From: Clostridium sp. CAG:343 | GTDB lineage: Bacteria > Bacteroidota > Bacteroidia > Bacteroidales > Marinilabiliaceae | Assembly: GCA_963616565.1 (NCBI GenBank) | Contig: CAVEKX010000005.1 | Coordinates: 12,127-76,126 of the forward strand | Length of the DNA stretch: 64,000 nt | Direction of reading: 5' to 3' | In this document: positions 9,422 to 18,390 of the stretch, piece after piece | Layout of the letters: each line of letters opens with the position of its first letter | Numbering within the stretch: the first letter of the stretch is position 1 | Position numbers and translations under genes: made by a program | The notes under the pieces: model-generated | What the model was told of the DNA's origin: nothing | Database searches by the model: none | The model's input: the letters and a program-made list of their open reading frames with translations, nothing else

Positions 9422-10258
9422 TCAGCGGAGCTTACGGATTATGGGAAGTTGCGAGACGCGGGCCTCGCTGCGCTCGAAGACGAAAACACGGTTGAAGCGC
9501 GTGGAGTAGCGATGCTGGAGGGCGCGTCGGGCTGCGACGGGATCGTAGGCGCGGGACATGAGGAAACTGTTTTGGATGATGACGAGCCACAACTCGTCGC
9601 ACGAGTTATCGTAGTGGGCCATCTTGGCGTCCTTATCCTTAATTCGTTGGGCGACGCTATCGACGGAGAGGGGCTTGACGTGCGTGGACATGCTGGCATA
9701 CCATAGTTGCTCCTCTTGACGGCCTGTGACATTGGTGATGGCGATGCTCTCGATATGCTGAGGGAGATTAATGTCGCCATATTTATATCGGCGGTCGACT
9801 TCATAGCGTTTGCCTGTTGCCTCGGGGAGGTTGTCTATCACGATACGCGCAATGGTCTCGGCGAGGGCGGTTCGGAGGAGTTGGGCGTCGGCATCGTCAG
9901 ACGATGGGGAGAGAATAAGAGGAGAGATGGAATCGGAGAAGTGGACATCGACATTAAGAACGAGGTCGTGCGTACGGAGGTAGAAGGCGAGCGCGGCATC
10001 CATAATTCGAGACAGGAAGTCCTCATGGGCGCGCATATTGAAGCGTTCGTCGGTTCGCTCATACTTCAGTTCCGTCAGTTCGATGCCGATTTTGCGCAAG
10101 TGACCAGAGCGAGAAATGGAACTTACGATAAAGTCAGGGCACTCGCTCTTCTTGACCTCGCCGAGTGGAAATTGATTGTAGCTCTGGCGAAAGAGACTCA
10201 TTATTGTCCACTCGCGTTTGTCTCGCTTAAACTGGTTGACACTTTCCGATTGTGGCAT
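9422..10258 (-). CDS. Hypothetical protein, possible PD-(D/E)xK nuclease fold at the N-terminus
   Basis: 278-aa ORF. ECPDFIV followed about 20 residues later by IGIELTELK fits a D...E-x-K nuclease core. The remainder is unassigned. An alternative start is at 10201. Confidence 0.5.
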   Translation of the reverse strand: MPQSESVNQFKRDKREWTIMSLFRQSYNQFPLGEVKKSECPDFIVSSISRSGHLRKIGIELTELKYERTDERFNMRAHEDFLSRIMDAALAFYLRTHDLVLNVDVHFSDSISPLILSPSSDDADAQLLRTALAETIARIVIDNLPEATGKRYEVDRRYKYGDINLPQHIESIAITNVTGRQEEQLWYASMSTHVKPLSVDSVAQRIKDKDAKMAHYDNSCDELWLVIIQNSFLMSRAYDPVAARRALQHRYSTRFNRVFVFERSEARVSQLPIIRKLR

Positions 10259-10271
10259 TGACGTATGGTAT

Positions 10272-10314
10272 AAAAAATGGGCGCGGAGGCGGCATGTGCC
10301 ATCTCTGCGCCCAT
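10272..10314 (-). terminator. Rho-independent terminator of pheT
   Basis: Long imperfect hairpin atgggcgcggag...ctctgcgcccat. On the - strand it is followed by TTTTTTAT. Confidence 0.65.
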
Positions 10315-10379
10315 AGGTTCTTTATGAGTACCGAATGGAAGAGAGGGAAATCGCCCTCTACTACCAAATGCGGCGTCGA

Positions 10380-12839
10380 TTATCTGAGTTCAGCACCGAG
10401 CTCACGGGAGAAAGCAGCAGTGAGTTGGCTCATAACCTTCTCAATTTGCTTATCGTTGAGAGTCTTCTCGTCATCGCGGAGAATGAAGCTGACGGCGTAG
10501 GACTTCTTGCCGGCAGGGAGATTCTTACCTTGGTAGACATCGAAGAGCGTGACGTCGCGAAGGAGCTTCTTCTCGATCTTGTGGGCAAGTTGGCTAATTT
10601 GGGCGAACGAGACTTCAGAATCGACGAGGAGGGCGAGATCGCGCTTGACAGCAGGGAACTTAGGAACAGGAGTGTAGTGTACCTTGTTCTGCTGCGCACT
10701 CTTCGCAATGAGAGTCTTGACGTCGAACTCGGCAAAGAAGACAGGAGCGTCGATATCGAACTTGGCGAGGACGCTTGCGTTTACGGAGCCGTACTTGACG
10801 AGCGTCTTGGTCTTCTCGACTTTGAGGACGAGACCTTCGGAGAAAAGATCGTCGGAGAAAGCCTCCTCGGTGATGGCCTGCGGGTTGAGACCCATGCGTG
10901 CGATGACGTTATTAACCTCGGTCTTGAGGTCGAAGAAAGAGACCTCTTGTGGCTTAGCGTTCCAGCTTGCGTCGGAACGGAGACCCGTCATAAGGAGCGA
11001 GAGGTGGTAGTTCTCGGAGTAGCTCTTGTAGTCTGCCTTGTCGGCACCAGCCTTGAAGGACTGGACGTTGCCCATCTCGAAGAGCTTGAGGTTGGCGTTG
11101 CGGTGGTTGCGGTTGAGGCGAGTCACCTCGAGCGCGCCAAATACGAGAGACTGGCGGAGGGCGTTGAGGTCAGAGCTGAGCGGATTGGCCAGAAGGACGT
11201 TATTGTCGGCAGGGCAAGACTGTGGGAGAATCTCGGAGTAGGCAGCACGCGTGAGCGTGTTGTTCATGATCTCGGTGAAGCCACGGCTTGCGAGCATATC
11301 ACCGATGAGGTTCATGACCTTGGTGCGGTCGGGCTTCTCGGCATAGACTACGGTAGTGTGGTTGTCGCCAGGGAGCTCGATCTTGTCGTAGCCATAGATG
11401 CGGAGAAGATCCTCGACAACATCGGCCTCGCGGGTCACGTCGACACGATAGCGCGGGACTTGGAGCTGAAGCTCGTCACCATTGTCGGAAACGACCTTCA
11501 TCTCGAGGGCATTGAGAATGACCTGAAGGGTATCTTCTGGAATCTGCTTGCCGATGAGGTTGAAGCAACGCTTGCGGCTGATGGTCACATCGAACGGGTG
11601 GACAGGCTCGGGATAGACATCTTGAATGTCTGTGACGATCTTGCCACCTGCTACTTCCTTAATAAGGAGAGCGGCGCGCTTGAGGGCGTAGATGACGCCT
11701 TCGGGATCGGTGCCACGCTCGTAGCGGAAGCTGGCATCGGTGCTGAGCTGATGGCGGCGAGCCGTCTTGCGGATGGAAACGGGATTGAACCATGCGCTCT
11801 CTATGAAGACGCGCTTGGTGGAGTCGCTGATGCCGCTGTCGAGACCACCGAACACGCCGGCGATGCACATTGGCTTCTTGGCATCGCATATCATGAGGTC
11901 GTCTGCACTGAGCTTACGCTCCTGACCATCGAGAGTTACGAAAGGTGTGCCTTCCTCACAGTTGCGCACGACGATTGTCTGCCCCTCGATCTTATCGGCA
12001 TCGAAAGTGTGGAGAGGCTGTCCGAGACCGAAGAGGATGTAGTTGGAGACATCGACAACGTTGTTGATGGGGTTAAGCCCGATGGCTTTGAGAGACTTCT
12101 GGAGCCATTCGGGGGACTCCTTAATCGTCACGCCATCGATGAGGACGCCGCTGTAACGCGGGCATGCCTTAGCGTTTTGGACATCGATCTTAACGCCTTG
12201 CTGATGGTCATCGGGCTGGTAGCAGTCGACGGAGGGGCGTGTGAGAGTGACGTCTTGCCCCTTGGCACGGAGGGCAGCATATATATCGCGGGCGACGCCA
12301 TAATGGGAGGCGGCATCGGCGCGGTTGGGAGTGATATCTACTTCGAAGCAGGTGTCGGACTCGACGTGGTAGTAGTCTTTAGCGAGAGTTCCGACGGGGA
12401 CGCTATCGGGCAGCACAATGATGCCGTTGTGGTCAGTGCCGACACCAATCTCGTCTTCAGCGCATATCATGCCATTGGAAGGAACGCCACGGAGCTTTGA
12501 GGGCTTGATTGTGAAGCTTTGGTCGCCATCATAGAGAACGGTGCCGACGGTTGCGACGATGACCTTTTGACCAGCGGCCACATTGGCGGCACCGCAGACG
12601 ATGTCGAGCGGAGCCTCGGCACCGACGTCGACCGTCGTGACGTGGAGGTGGTCGGAATTTGGGTGTGGCTCACAGGTAAGCACCTTGCCGACGACGAGAC
12701 CTTCGAGGCCGCCCTTGATGCTTTGTGTTTGTTCCATACCGTCTACTTCCAGACCTATGGATGTGAGCAGCGCTGAGAGGCTCTCAGGCGTCATATCGAC
12801 GTTGATGTAGCGTTTCAGCCAGTTGTATGATATGTTCAT
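10380..12839 (-). CDS. pheT: Phenylalanine--tRNA ligase beta subunit
   Basis: 819 aa. N-terminal NISYNWLKRYI plus a tRNA-binding domain, B3/4 and B5 segments, and a C-terminal FDX-ACB-like domain (LFDVYQGKNL). Confidence 0.95.
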   Translation of the reverse strand: MNISYNWLKRYINVDMTPESLSALLTSIGLEVDGMEQTQSIKGGLEGLVVGKVLTCEPHPNSDHLHVTTVDVGAEAPLDIVCGAANVAAGQKVIVATVGTVLYDGDQSFTIKPSKLRGVPSNGMICAEDEIGVGTDHNGIIVLPDSVPVGTLAKDYYHVESDTCFEVDITPNRADAASHYGVARDIYAALRAKGQDVTLTRPSVDCYQPDDHQQGVKIDVQNAKACPRYSGVLIDGVTIKESPEWLQKSLKAIGLNPINNVVDVSNYILFGLGQPLHTFDADKIEGQTIVVRNCEEGTPFVTLDGQERKLSADDLMICDAKKPMCIAGVFGGLDSGISDSTKRVFIESAWFNPVSIRKTARRHQLSTDASFRYERGTDPEGVIYALKRAALLIKEVAGGKIVTDIQDVYPEPVHPFDVTISRKRCFNLIGKQIPEDTLQVILNALEMKVVSDNGDELQLQVPRYRVDVTREADVVEDLLRIYGYDKIELPGDNHTTVVYAEKPDRTKVMNLIGDMLASRGFTEIMNNTLTRAAYSEILPQSCPADNNVLLANPLSSDLNALRQSLVFGALEVTRLNRNHRNANLKLFEMGNVQSFKAGADKADYKSYSENYHLSLLMTGLRSDASWNAKPQEVSFFDLKTEVNNVIARMGLNPQAITEEAFSDDLFSEGLVLKVEKTKTLVKYGSVNASVLAKFDIDAPVFFAEFDVKTLIAKSAQQNKVHYTPVPKFPAVKRDLALLVDSEVSFAQISQLAHKIEKKLLRDVTLFDVYQGKNLPAGKKSYAVSFILRDDEKTLNDKQIEKVMSQLTAAFSRELGAELR

Positions 12840-12891
12840 TATGCTGTTGAAAGACTTTATTCTAACTGGAGTGCGAAGTTAGGAAAAAAGG

Positions 12892-13710
12892 TTAGGGTAC
12901 GAAAGCCATCTTGCGTGATAGTCCGCCGTCGATGACGATGTTCTCGGCATTGATGAAGTCGTTTCCTTCGTCGATGAGGAAACGGACGGCTCGTGCCACG
13001 TCGTCTGGACGACCTACACGCCCCGACGGGTGCTGTACATGAAATTCTTCGGGAACGGACTCGAACTCGGAGGTGGCGATCATGCCAGGGGAGACGCTAT
13101 TGACGGTGATGCCGAATGGTGCGAGGGAGATGGCGAGGGAGTGGGTCAAGGAAAAGACGGCACCCATGGCTGCGGCCTGGATGTCGTTGCCGGGGAGGCT
13201 TTGGCGTTGGCGCGAGGAGCAGATGTTGACGATGCGGCCGTAGGGACGCTCGGTAGCGGGGAGAGAGGTGCGGAGCCGCGCCATTTCTTGCGCGCCTATG
13301 AGGATTGGTCGGACGTCGGATGCCATGGCGAGGTCGAACTGGCCAAGCGTGGCATCGAGGAGAGCGTCGGGCTGCTTGAAGACAGCGTTATTGACGATGA
13401 TGTCGATGCCGCCCCACTGGTTGGCGACGGACTGAAGGAAAGCGCGGTATGCGTCGGGGTCGGCGACATCCACGTGGTGGAAGTTGGTGCCTGTGCGGAG
13501 GGCTGTCTCCTTCCCCGCGATGTCATCGATGTCGCAGAAGGCGACTTTATGGCCGGCTATTCTCAGCGCACGGACTATCGCCATGCCTACACCTTTAGCC
13601 CCACCTGTGACTACGACTTTGCGCTCACGGGTGGGACGATGCTTGACGGCTGGTTTGGAGGAGGCGTTGAGGTGTTCCTCGAACTTCTTTTCTAAGTAGT
13701 TGTCTGCCAT
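12892..13710 (-). CDS. Short-chain dehydrogenase/reductase-fold protein lacking the canonical YxxxK
   Basis: Start chosen at MADNYLEKKFEE (ATG at 13710). It has VVVTGGAKGVGMAI (TGxxxGxG), NNAV and NICS. Gln and Met sit at the positions expected for the catalytic Tyr and Lys (codons 13177-13179 and 13165-13167). Confidence 0.85.
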   Translation of the reverse strand: MADNYLEKKFEEHLNASSKPAVKHRPTRERKVVVTGGAKGVGMAIVRALRIAGHKVAFCDIDDIAGKETALRTGTNFHHVDVADPDAYRAFLQSVANQWGGIDIIVNNAVFKQPDALLDATLGQFDLAMASDVRPILIGAQEMARLRTSLPATERPYGRIVNICSSRQRQSLPGNDIQAAAMGAVFSLTHSLAISLAPFGITVNSVSPGMIATSEFESVPEEFHVQHPSGRVGRPDDVARAVRFLIDEGNDFINAENIVIDGGLSRKMAFVP

Positions 13711-13776
13711 TATATGTTGGCGGCCGAAGGTGGTCGCCGGGTTCAATGTTCGGCGACAGGGAGTGGGTCGTCGGGA

Positions 13777-14082
13777 TTATTCGATGTCGATGATCTTATC
13801 GATCTTCATGAGGGAGAGGAGCTTGTGGACATCGGGCTGAACGTTGCGGAGAATGAAGCCACGATTTTGCTCACGAGAGGACTTGATGCCGCTGATGAGG
13901 ACGCTGACGCCAGTTGAGTCCATGTACCTGATGTTTTGAAGGTCGAGGAAAACGTCGCAAGAGCCGGAAGAGAATTGGAGAGCCAAAGTCTTCTTGAGGT
14001 CGCCAGCGTTGGTGACAGTAATGCGATCGACGTCGACGGGGGTGACGACTATTCCTTCTGAAACTTTCTTAACCTCTATCAT
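13777..14082 (-). CDS. STAS-domain protein (SpoIIAA/RsbV-like anti-sigma-factor antagonist)
   Basis: 101 aa. FLDLQNIRYMDSTGVSVLI carries the DSxG phospho-site motif of anti-anti-sigma factors. Confidence 0.8.
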   Translation of the reverse strand: MIEVKKVSEGIVVTPVDVDRITVTNAGDLKKTLALQFSSGSCDVFLDLQNIRYMDSTGVSVLISGIKSSREQNRGFILRNVQPDVHKLLSLMKIDKIIDIE

Positions 14083-14145
14083 GATTATGTGTATAGTATT
14101 CTTGCTGGTAGTGTGAATTTGGTTGCTTAGAGGTGGCGAGGAAGC

Positions 14146-14598
14146 TTACTTATGGGAGAGTTGCTTTCGTGCTTCTTGCGCCGCATTAAGCGAGTGCAAT
14201 TTACAAAAATCTATCAATTTATGTAAGCTATCTGTTGAGAGATTTTGGTCTGTCCAGAGGTCAATTTCAGGTGTCAGACCTCGGATTTGCCCTAAGTAAA
14301 GACTTTTTGCGTTGTCGTCGCCTGCCTCTGGGGATTGGACATAGAGTTTTTTCGCTATGACCTCAATTTTCTTTAGGGCATCGGCCGTCTGCACCATTCC
14401 CATGGAGAGGGCCGTGGACTTAAACTTGTGGGCTTGGCGCGCGAGCTGGTCGAAATCTGCAGCGAGGAGACATTTCTCGAGATCGTCGGCGACGGACTCT
14501 GCTTGCTGAATGAAGATTGTGAGGAGCTCGGTGCGGAGTTGTTTGTCTCCGCCGCACGCCTCGTTGAGATAATCGAGGCTGAAGAGATCGGTTGTCAT
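14146..14598 (-). CDS. Single-domain histidine phosphotransfer (HPt) protein
   Basis: 150 aa. LARQAHKFKSTALSMGM matches the HPt H-x-x-K-G/S motif within a predicted helical bundle. Confidence 0.7.
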   Translation of the reverse strand: MTTDLFSLDYLNEACGGDKQLRTELLTIFIQQAESVADDLEKCLLAADFDQLARQAHKFKSTALSMGMVQTADALKKIEVIAKKLYVQSPEAGDDNAKSLYLGQIRGLTPEIDLWTDQNLSTDSLHKLIDFCKLHSLNAAQEARKQLSHK

Positions 14599-14754
14599 GG
14601 TGGTGGCGTGTGACTTAGTGTTTTTTGGTGAGGGAGGAGACAGATTGTGAGAACGTTGCGGAGGAGGTCAAGGGAGTCGAAGTTGGCGGCGGAGCATACA
14701 TTGCAGGCGGCTCCGCCGCGTCTCTTCGATTATACTTGAAAATGTCGGGTTGCG

Positions 14755-15447
14755 TTAAGCGGCCTCATTTTCGCAGGCTGCCCAGACGGGGCAGTAAACT
14801 ACGCTTTCGGAAGATGTCCAGCCTACGCAATAGGCGTCGAGGACCTCGGAGTTGGAGAGGACAGCTTCAGTGAGCTTCTTCTTGACGTCGTGAATACGTC
14901 CGAGTACGGTGTTGATGGAGCAGCCGAGACGGTCGGCAATTGCTTGCGTCTTTTCGCCATCAAGACGGGCCTTGATGACTGTCCTTTGAGATTCGGGAAG
15001 ATTGTCAACAAGGTACTCGATGTAGGTGAAAACTTTTTCGCGGTTCTTTGCGGCGACACTGTTGTCGAGGTTGGACGGGAGAATCCGTCCGATAGAGTTG
15101 CCCCCCTCAGGCGCATCGGCGTCGGTTGGCTGGTCGATGCTTGTCTCCTTACGGGTTTTGACGCGTCGGCAATAGTCGCGGAACTGGTTTTTGGCAATCA
15201 TCCGAAGCCACGAGCGGAAGTTGCCGTCGAGGCGGAAACCACCATTACGGATGAAATTTAAGGCTTTGATGAGAGCCTCTTGGAGAAGGTCGCAAGCAGA
15301 ATCATAGTCCTTGGTCAGAGAGACTAAGAAACGTTGCAGGGCATCTTGGTAGCGGAGAGTGAGAAGATCGAATGCAGAGTTGTCGCCGTTTGCAACAAGT
15401 GCGACAAGTTCGGCATCGGAGAGGGATTGACTCTTGATAGCAGTCAT
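14755..15447 (-). CDS. RNA polymerase sigma-70 family (ECF-like) factor with a Cys-containing C-terminal tail
   Basis: 230 aa. Region 2 (DLLQEALIKA, FRSWLRMIAKNQFRDYCRR) and region 4 (LPESQRTVIKARLDGEKTQAIADRLGCSINTVLGRIHDVKKKL), followed by a tail of about 35 aa with C-x11-C-x5-C. Confidence 0.85.
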   Translation of the reverse strand: MTAIKSQSLSDAELVALVANGDNSAFDLLTLRYQDALQRFLVSLTKDYDSACDLLQEALIKALNFIRNGGFRLDGNFRSWLRMIAKNQFRDYCRRVKTRKETSIDQPTDADAPEGGNSIGRILPSNLDNSVAAKNREKVFTYIEYLVDNLPESQRTVIKARLDGEKTQAIADRLGCSINTVLGRIHDVKKKLTEAVLSNSEVLDAYCVGWTSSESVVYCPVWAACENEAA

Positions 15448-15842
15448 GGTAGGAGTGGTTTTTCACATCGGGATAGTGAAACCCGACGAAATTTTGTCGC
15501 TTGTGGAAACCAAACGCAATGGGATGGAAACAGGAAATGCGACGAAATGGGTTATTCTCAACACATGCAAGAACTTGGGACTCAGGACAATAATTAAGAG
15601 TTCCTAACGTTATCGCTTCGTGTTGTTGGGGTAAATCTTTTCTAAAGAGATTTGACCCCGATGATAAAAAACCAGTCCTACTTGTTGTAGAACTTATTGA
15701 TACTCATAAGCAAAAGGTTAAATTGAGTATCAGTGCTTCATAGGCAGAGAGAGGTTGATTTTTAATGATTGTACGCAAATATAACGTTTGTGTTTCAAAA
15801 AACAAATCAAATGGCGGTGATGTGTTAAGAAATATCCTTTTG

Positions 15843-16481
15843 TCAGATATTTTTCCCGTCGATACGATAGAAACCGTTTTTGACAGCGAAGACGACGAGG
15901 CTCGCGGTGTTGCCGCAGCCAGTCTTCATCATGATATTGGCGCGGTGTTTTTCTACGGTACGCTTGCTTATAAAGAGGCGGTCGGCGATTTCTTGATTTG
16001 ACTCGCCGTTGCAGATCTCGACGAGGATATCACGCTCGCGTTGTGAGAGATCGTAGTCGGGTTGTGATGCGGAGCTTTGGAAGACCATTTGCTGGAGGAG
16101 CTCTTGGGAGAAATAGTATTCGCCATTGCGTACGGCCTCTATTGCCATCTCAACCTCTTTGAAATCACAGCTTTTGAGAAGGAAGCCGCAAATTCCGAGA
16201 TCGACGAGCCGCGTGTAGTATTCTTTCTCGCCGTACATGGAGAGAATGATGATCTTGAGATCAGGGAAACGCGCGAGAGCCTCCTCGGTGGCTTGGACGC
16301 CATCCATTATGGGCATGGCGATGTCCATGAATACGATGTCTGGCCGCGCGGTCACCAGATGGTCGATGAACTCCTGCCCGTTGCTTGCCTCGAACGTCAC
16401 GTTAGCGTCGCGGAGGCGGCACAGCAAAGTTTTGAAGCCAGCACGGAAAAGATGATGGTCGTCAACGAGCCAGATGTTCAT
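15843..16481 (-). CDS. Response regulator, NarL/LuxR family
   Basis: 212 aa. Receiver domain (DIVFMDIAMPIMDG) plus a LuxR HTH (LSQRERDILVEICNGESNQEIADRLFISKRTVEKHRANI). Confidence 0.9.
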   Translation of the reverse strand: MNIWLVDDHHLFRAGFKTLLCRLRDANVTFEASNGQEFIDHLVTARPDIVFMDIAMPIMDGVQATEEALARFPDLKIIILSMYGEKEYYTRLVDLGICGFLLKSCDFKEVEMAIEAVRNGEYYFSQELLQQMVFQSSASQPDYDLSQRERDILVEICNGESNQEIADRLFISKRTVEKHRANIMMKTGCGNTASLVVFAVKNGFYRIDGKNI

Positions 16482-16493
16482 TATTCTTTATAG

Positions 16494-17468
16494 TTAACGG
16501 TCTTTTGTCGGGACGCAAATCTCGGCCACCATGCCATGCTGACCGGAAGTCGCCCCCGTTGGATCCTGATCCTCGCCACCTGTCCGGAAAGAGTAGCTGC
16601 CCTTGATGGAGGTGACGCGCGAGACGATGTTGTAGAGACCCATGCCTTGACGTTGCTCGGCTATGCGCTGAGGGTCGAAGCCTGTTCCGTTGTCCTTGTA
16701 GGTCAGTCGGAGGAGATCTCCGTCCTCATCGATGCGGAAGTTGATAGCAGTGGCACCCGAGTGTTTGAGGGTGTTGTTGACCAACTCGCAGAAGACTCGG
16801 TAGAGGACAATCTCGTTGGTGGCAGGGTATCGCTTGTCGCCTATCGATATGTTGTAGCTGACGCTCATATCTTTAGGGAAGGCGATTTTACCGATGAAAT
16901 TGACAATGGCACGATGCAGCCCGAGGTTTGTTAGGATGTGCGGGCTCATGTTGTTGCTGACTTCGCGCACGGTCGTTATGGCCTCGTTGATGGCGAGCTC
17001 GAGGTTTTGGCGGACTGCCACATCGGAGATGTCGTCGGCGACGGCAGAGAAGCCCATCTTGATAGAGGAGAGAAGAGGGCCGAGACCGTCGTGAAGCTCT
17101 GTGGCGAAACGACGGCGCTCGTTTTCCTCTGTCATGATTGCGGTATTGAGCAACATCTTGTCGTACTCTCGTTGTCGTGTCTCGGCCTCATTGAGCACGA
17201 CGAACATCTTCTTTATCATGAAGACGCCGACGGCGAAGCAGAAAGAGACGACGAGGTTGCCGATGGTGTAGGGCTCGTGGGTATCGAAGCCGAAGCCCGG
17301 GACGAAGACGTTGACAATCTGTATGATGCTACGGGACGACATGACGACCAGACCGACGCAGATGATGATCCAAGAGATGTTCATCTTGGTGAGGCGGGTC
17401 AGCTTGATTGCCATAACCGCGGCAAAGACTTGCATTGCGCAGTTAAGAAACCAGAAGAAGTCGATCAT
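16494..17468 (-). CDS. Membrane sensor histidine kinase, HisKA_3 (NarX/LiaS-like) type
   Basis: 324 aa. The N-terminus has 3-4 hydrophobic helices with almost no periplasmic loop. H-box FATELHDGLGPLLSS, N-box ELVNNTLKHS, G-boxes DNGTGF and GMGLYNI. Confidence 0.85.
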   Translation of the reverse strand: MIDFFWFLNCAMQVFAAVMAIKLTRLTKMNISWIIICVGLVVMSSRSIIQIVNVFVPGFGFDTHEPYTIGNLVVSFCFAVGVFMIKKMFVVLNEAETRQREYDKMLLNTAIMTEENERRRFATELHDGLGPLLSSIKMGFSAVADDISDVAVRQNLELAINEAITTVREVSNNMSPHILTNLGLHRAIVNFIGKIAFPKDMSVSYNISIGDKRYPATNEIVLYRVFCELVNNTLKHSGATAINFRIDEDGDLLRLTYKDNGTGFDPQRIAEQRQGMGLYNIVSRVTSIKGSYSFRTGGEDQDPTGATSGQHGMVAEICVPTKDR

Positions 17469-17495
17469 GAGGGCGCGTAGGGGGAGAGATGGCGT

Positions 17496-18365
17496 TTAAT
17501 GGTTGAGTTTGGCGGCCTTGAGAGTGTTCTGCATAAGGGAGCAGATAGTCATCGGGCCAACACCGCCAGGAACTGGGGTTATGAAATCGCACTTGGGCGC
17601 GACGTTCTCGAAATCGACATCGCCACGGAGACGCCAACCGCGAGGGGAGGTGGCATCGGCAACGCGCGTCGTGCCTACGTCGATGACGGTGACACCAGGT
17701 CGGACCATGTCGGCAGTGACGAAGCCCGGCTTGCCGATGGCGGCAACGATGATGTCGGCTTGGAGACAGAGCTCAGCGATATTGGGAGTGCGGCTGTGGC
17801 AGAGCGTCACCGTGCAGTCGACGCCTTTTTGAGAGAGCAGGATGCTCATTGGGCGACCGACGATATTGCTACGACCGATGACGACGGCGTGCTTGCCAGA
17901 CGTCGGGATATTGTAGCGTCGGATGAGCTCGATGATGCCTTGTGGCGTCGCGGAGATGAAGGCTGGCTCACCGATAGACATGAGACCAACGTTTTGCGGG
18001 TGGAAGCCGTCGACATCCTTGCGAGGGTCGATGGCGCGCGTCACCTTCTCCTCGGAGATATGCTTAGGGAGAGGGAGCTGCACGATGAAGCCGTCGACAT
18101 CGGAATCATTGTTGAGTTGGGCGACGGAGTCGAGGAGTTGCTGCTCGGTGATATCGGCCTCGAAGCGGAGGAGGGAAGACTTGAAGCCGCACTCCTCGCA
18201 GGCTTTGATTTTATTGGCGACGTAGGTCTCGCTGCCGCCGTCGTGACCGACAAGGATGGCGGCGAGGTGAGGGCGTTTCTTGCCTTGCTCGACGAGCGTC
18301 TTGACCTCGGCGGCTATTTCTTGACGGATTTGGCGTGCCGTCTCTTTGCCATCGATTTTGATCAT
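17496..18365 (-). CDS. folD: Bifunctional methylenetetrahydrofolate dehydrogenase/cyclohydrolase
   Basis: 289 aa with [27 protein letters not shown] and [12 protein letters not shown]. Confidence 0.95.
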   Translation of the reverse strand: MIKIDGKETARQIRQEIAAEVKTLVEQGKKRPHLAAILVGHDGGSETYVANKIKACEECGFKSSLLRFEADITEQQLLDSVAQLNNDSDVDGFIVQLPLPKHISEEKVTRAIDPRKDVDGFHPQNVGLMSIGEPAFISATPQGIIELIRRYNIPTSGKHAVVIGRSNIVGRPMSILLSQKGVDCTVTLCHSRTPNIAELCLQADIIVAAIGKPGFVTADMVRPGVTVIDVGTTRVADATSPRGWRLRGDVDFENVAPKCDFITPVPGGVGPMTICSLMQNTLKAAKLNH

Positions 18366-18390
18366 TTGGGTATGGTTGGGTTAGGTTGGG

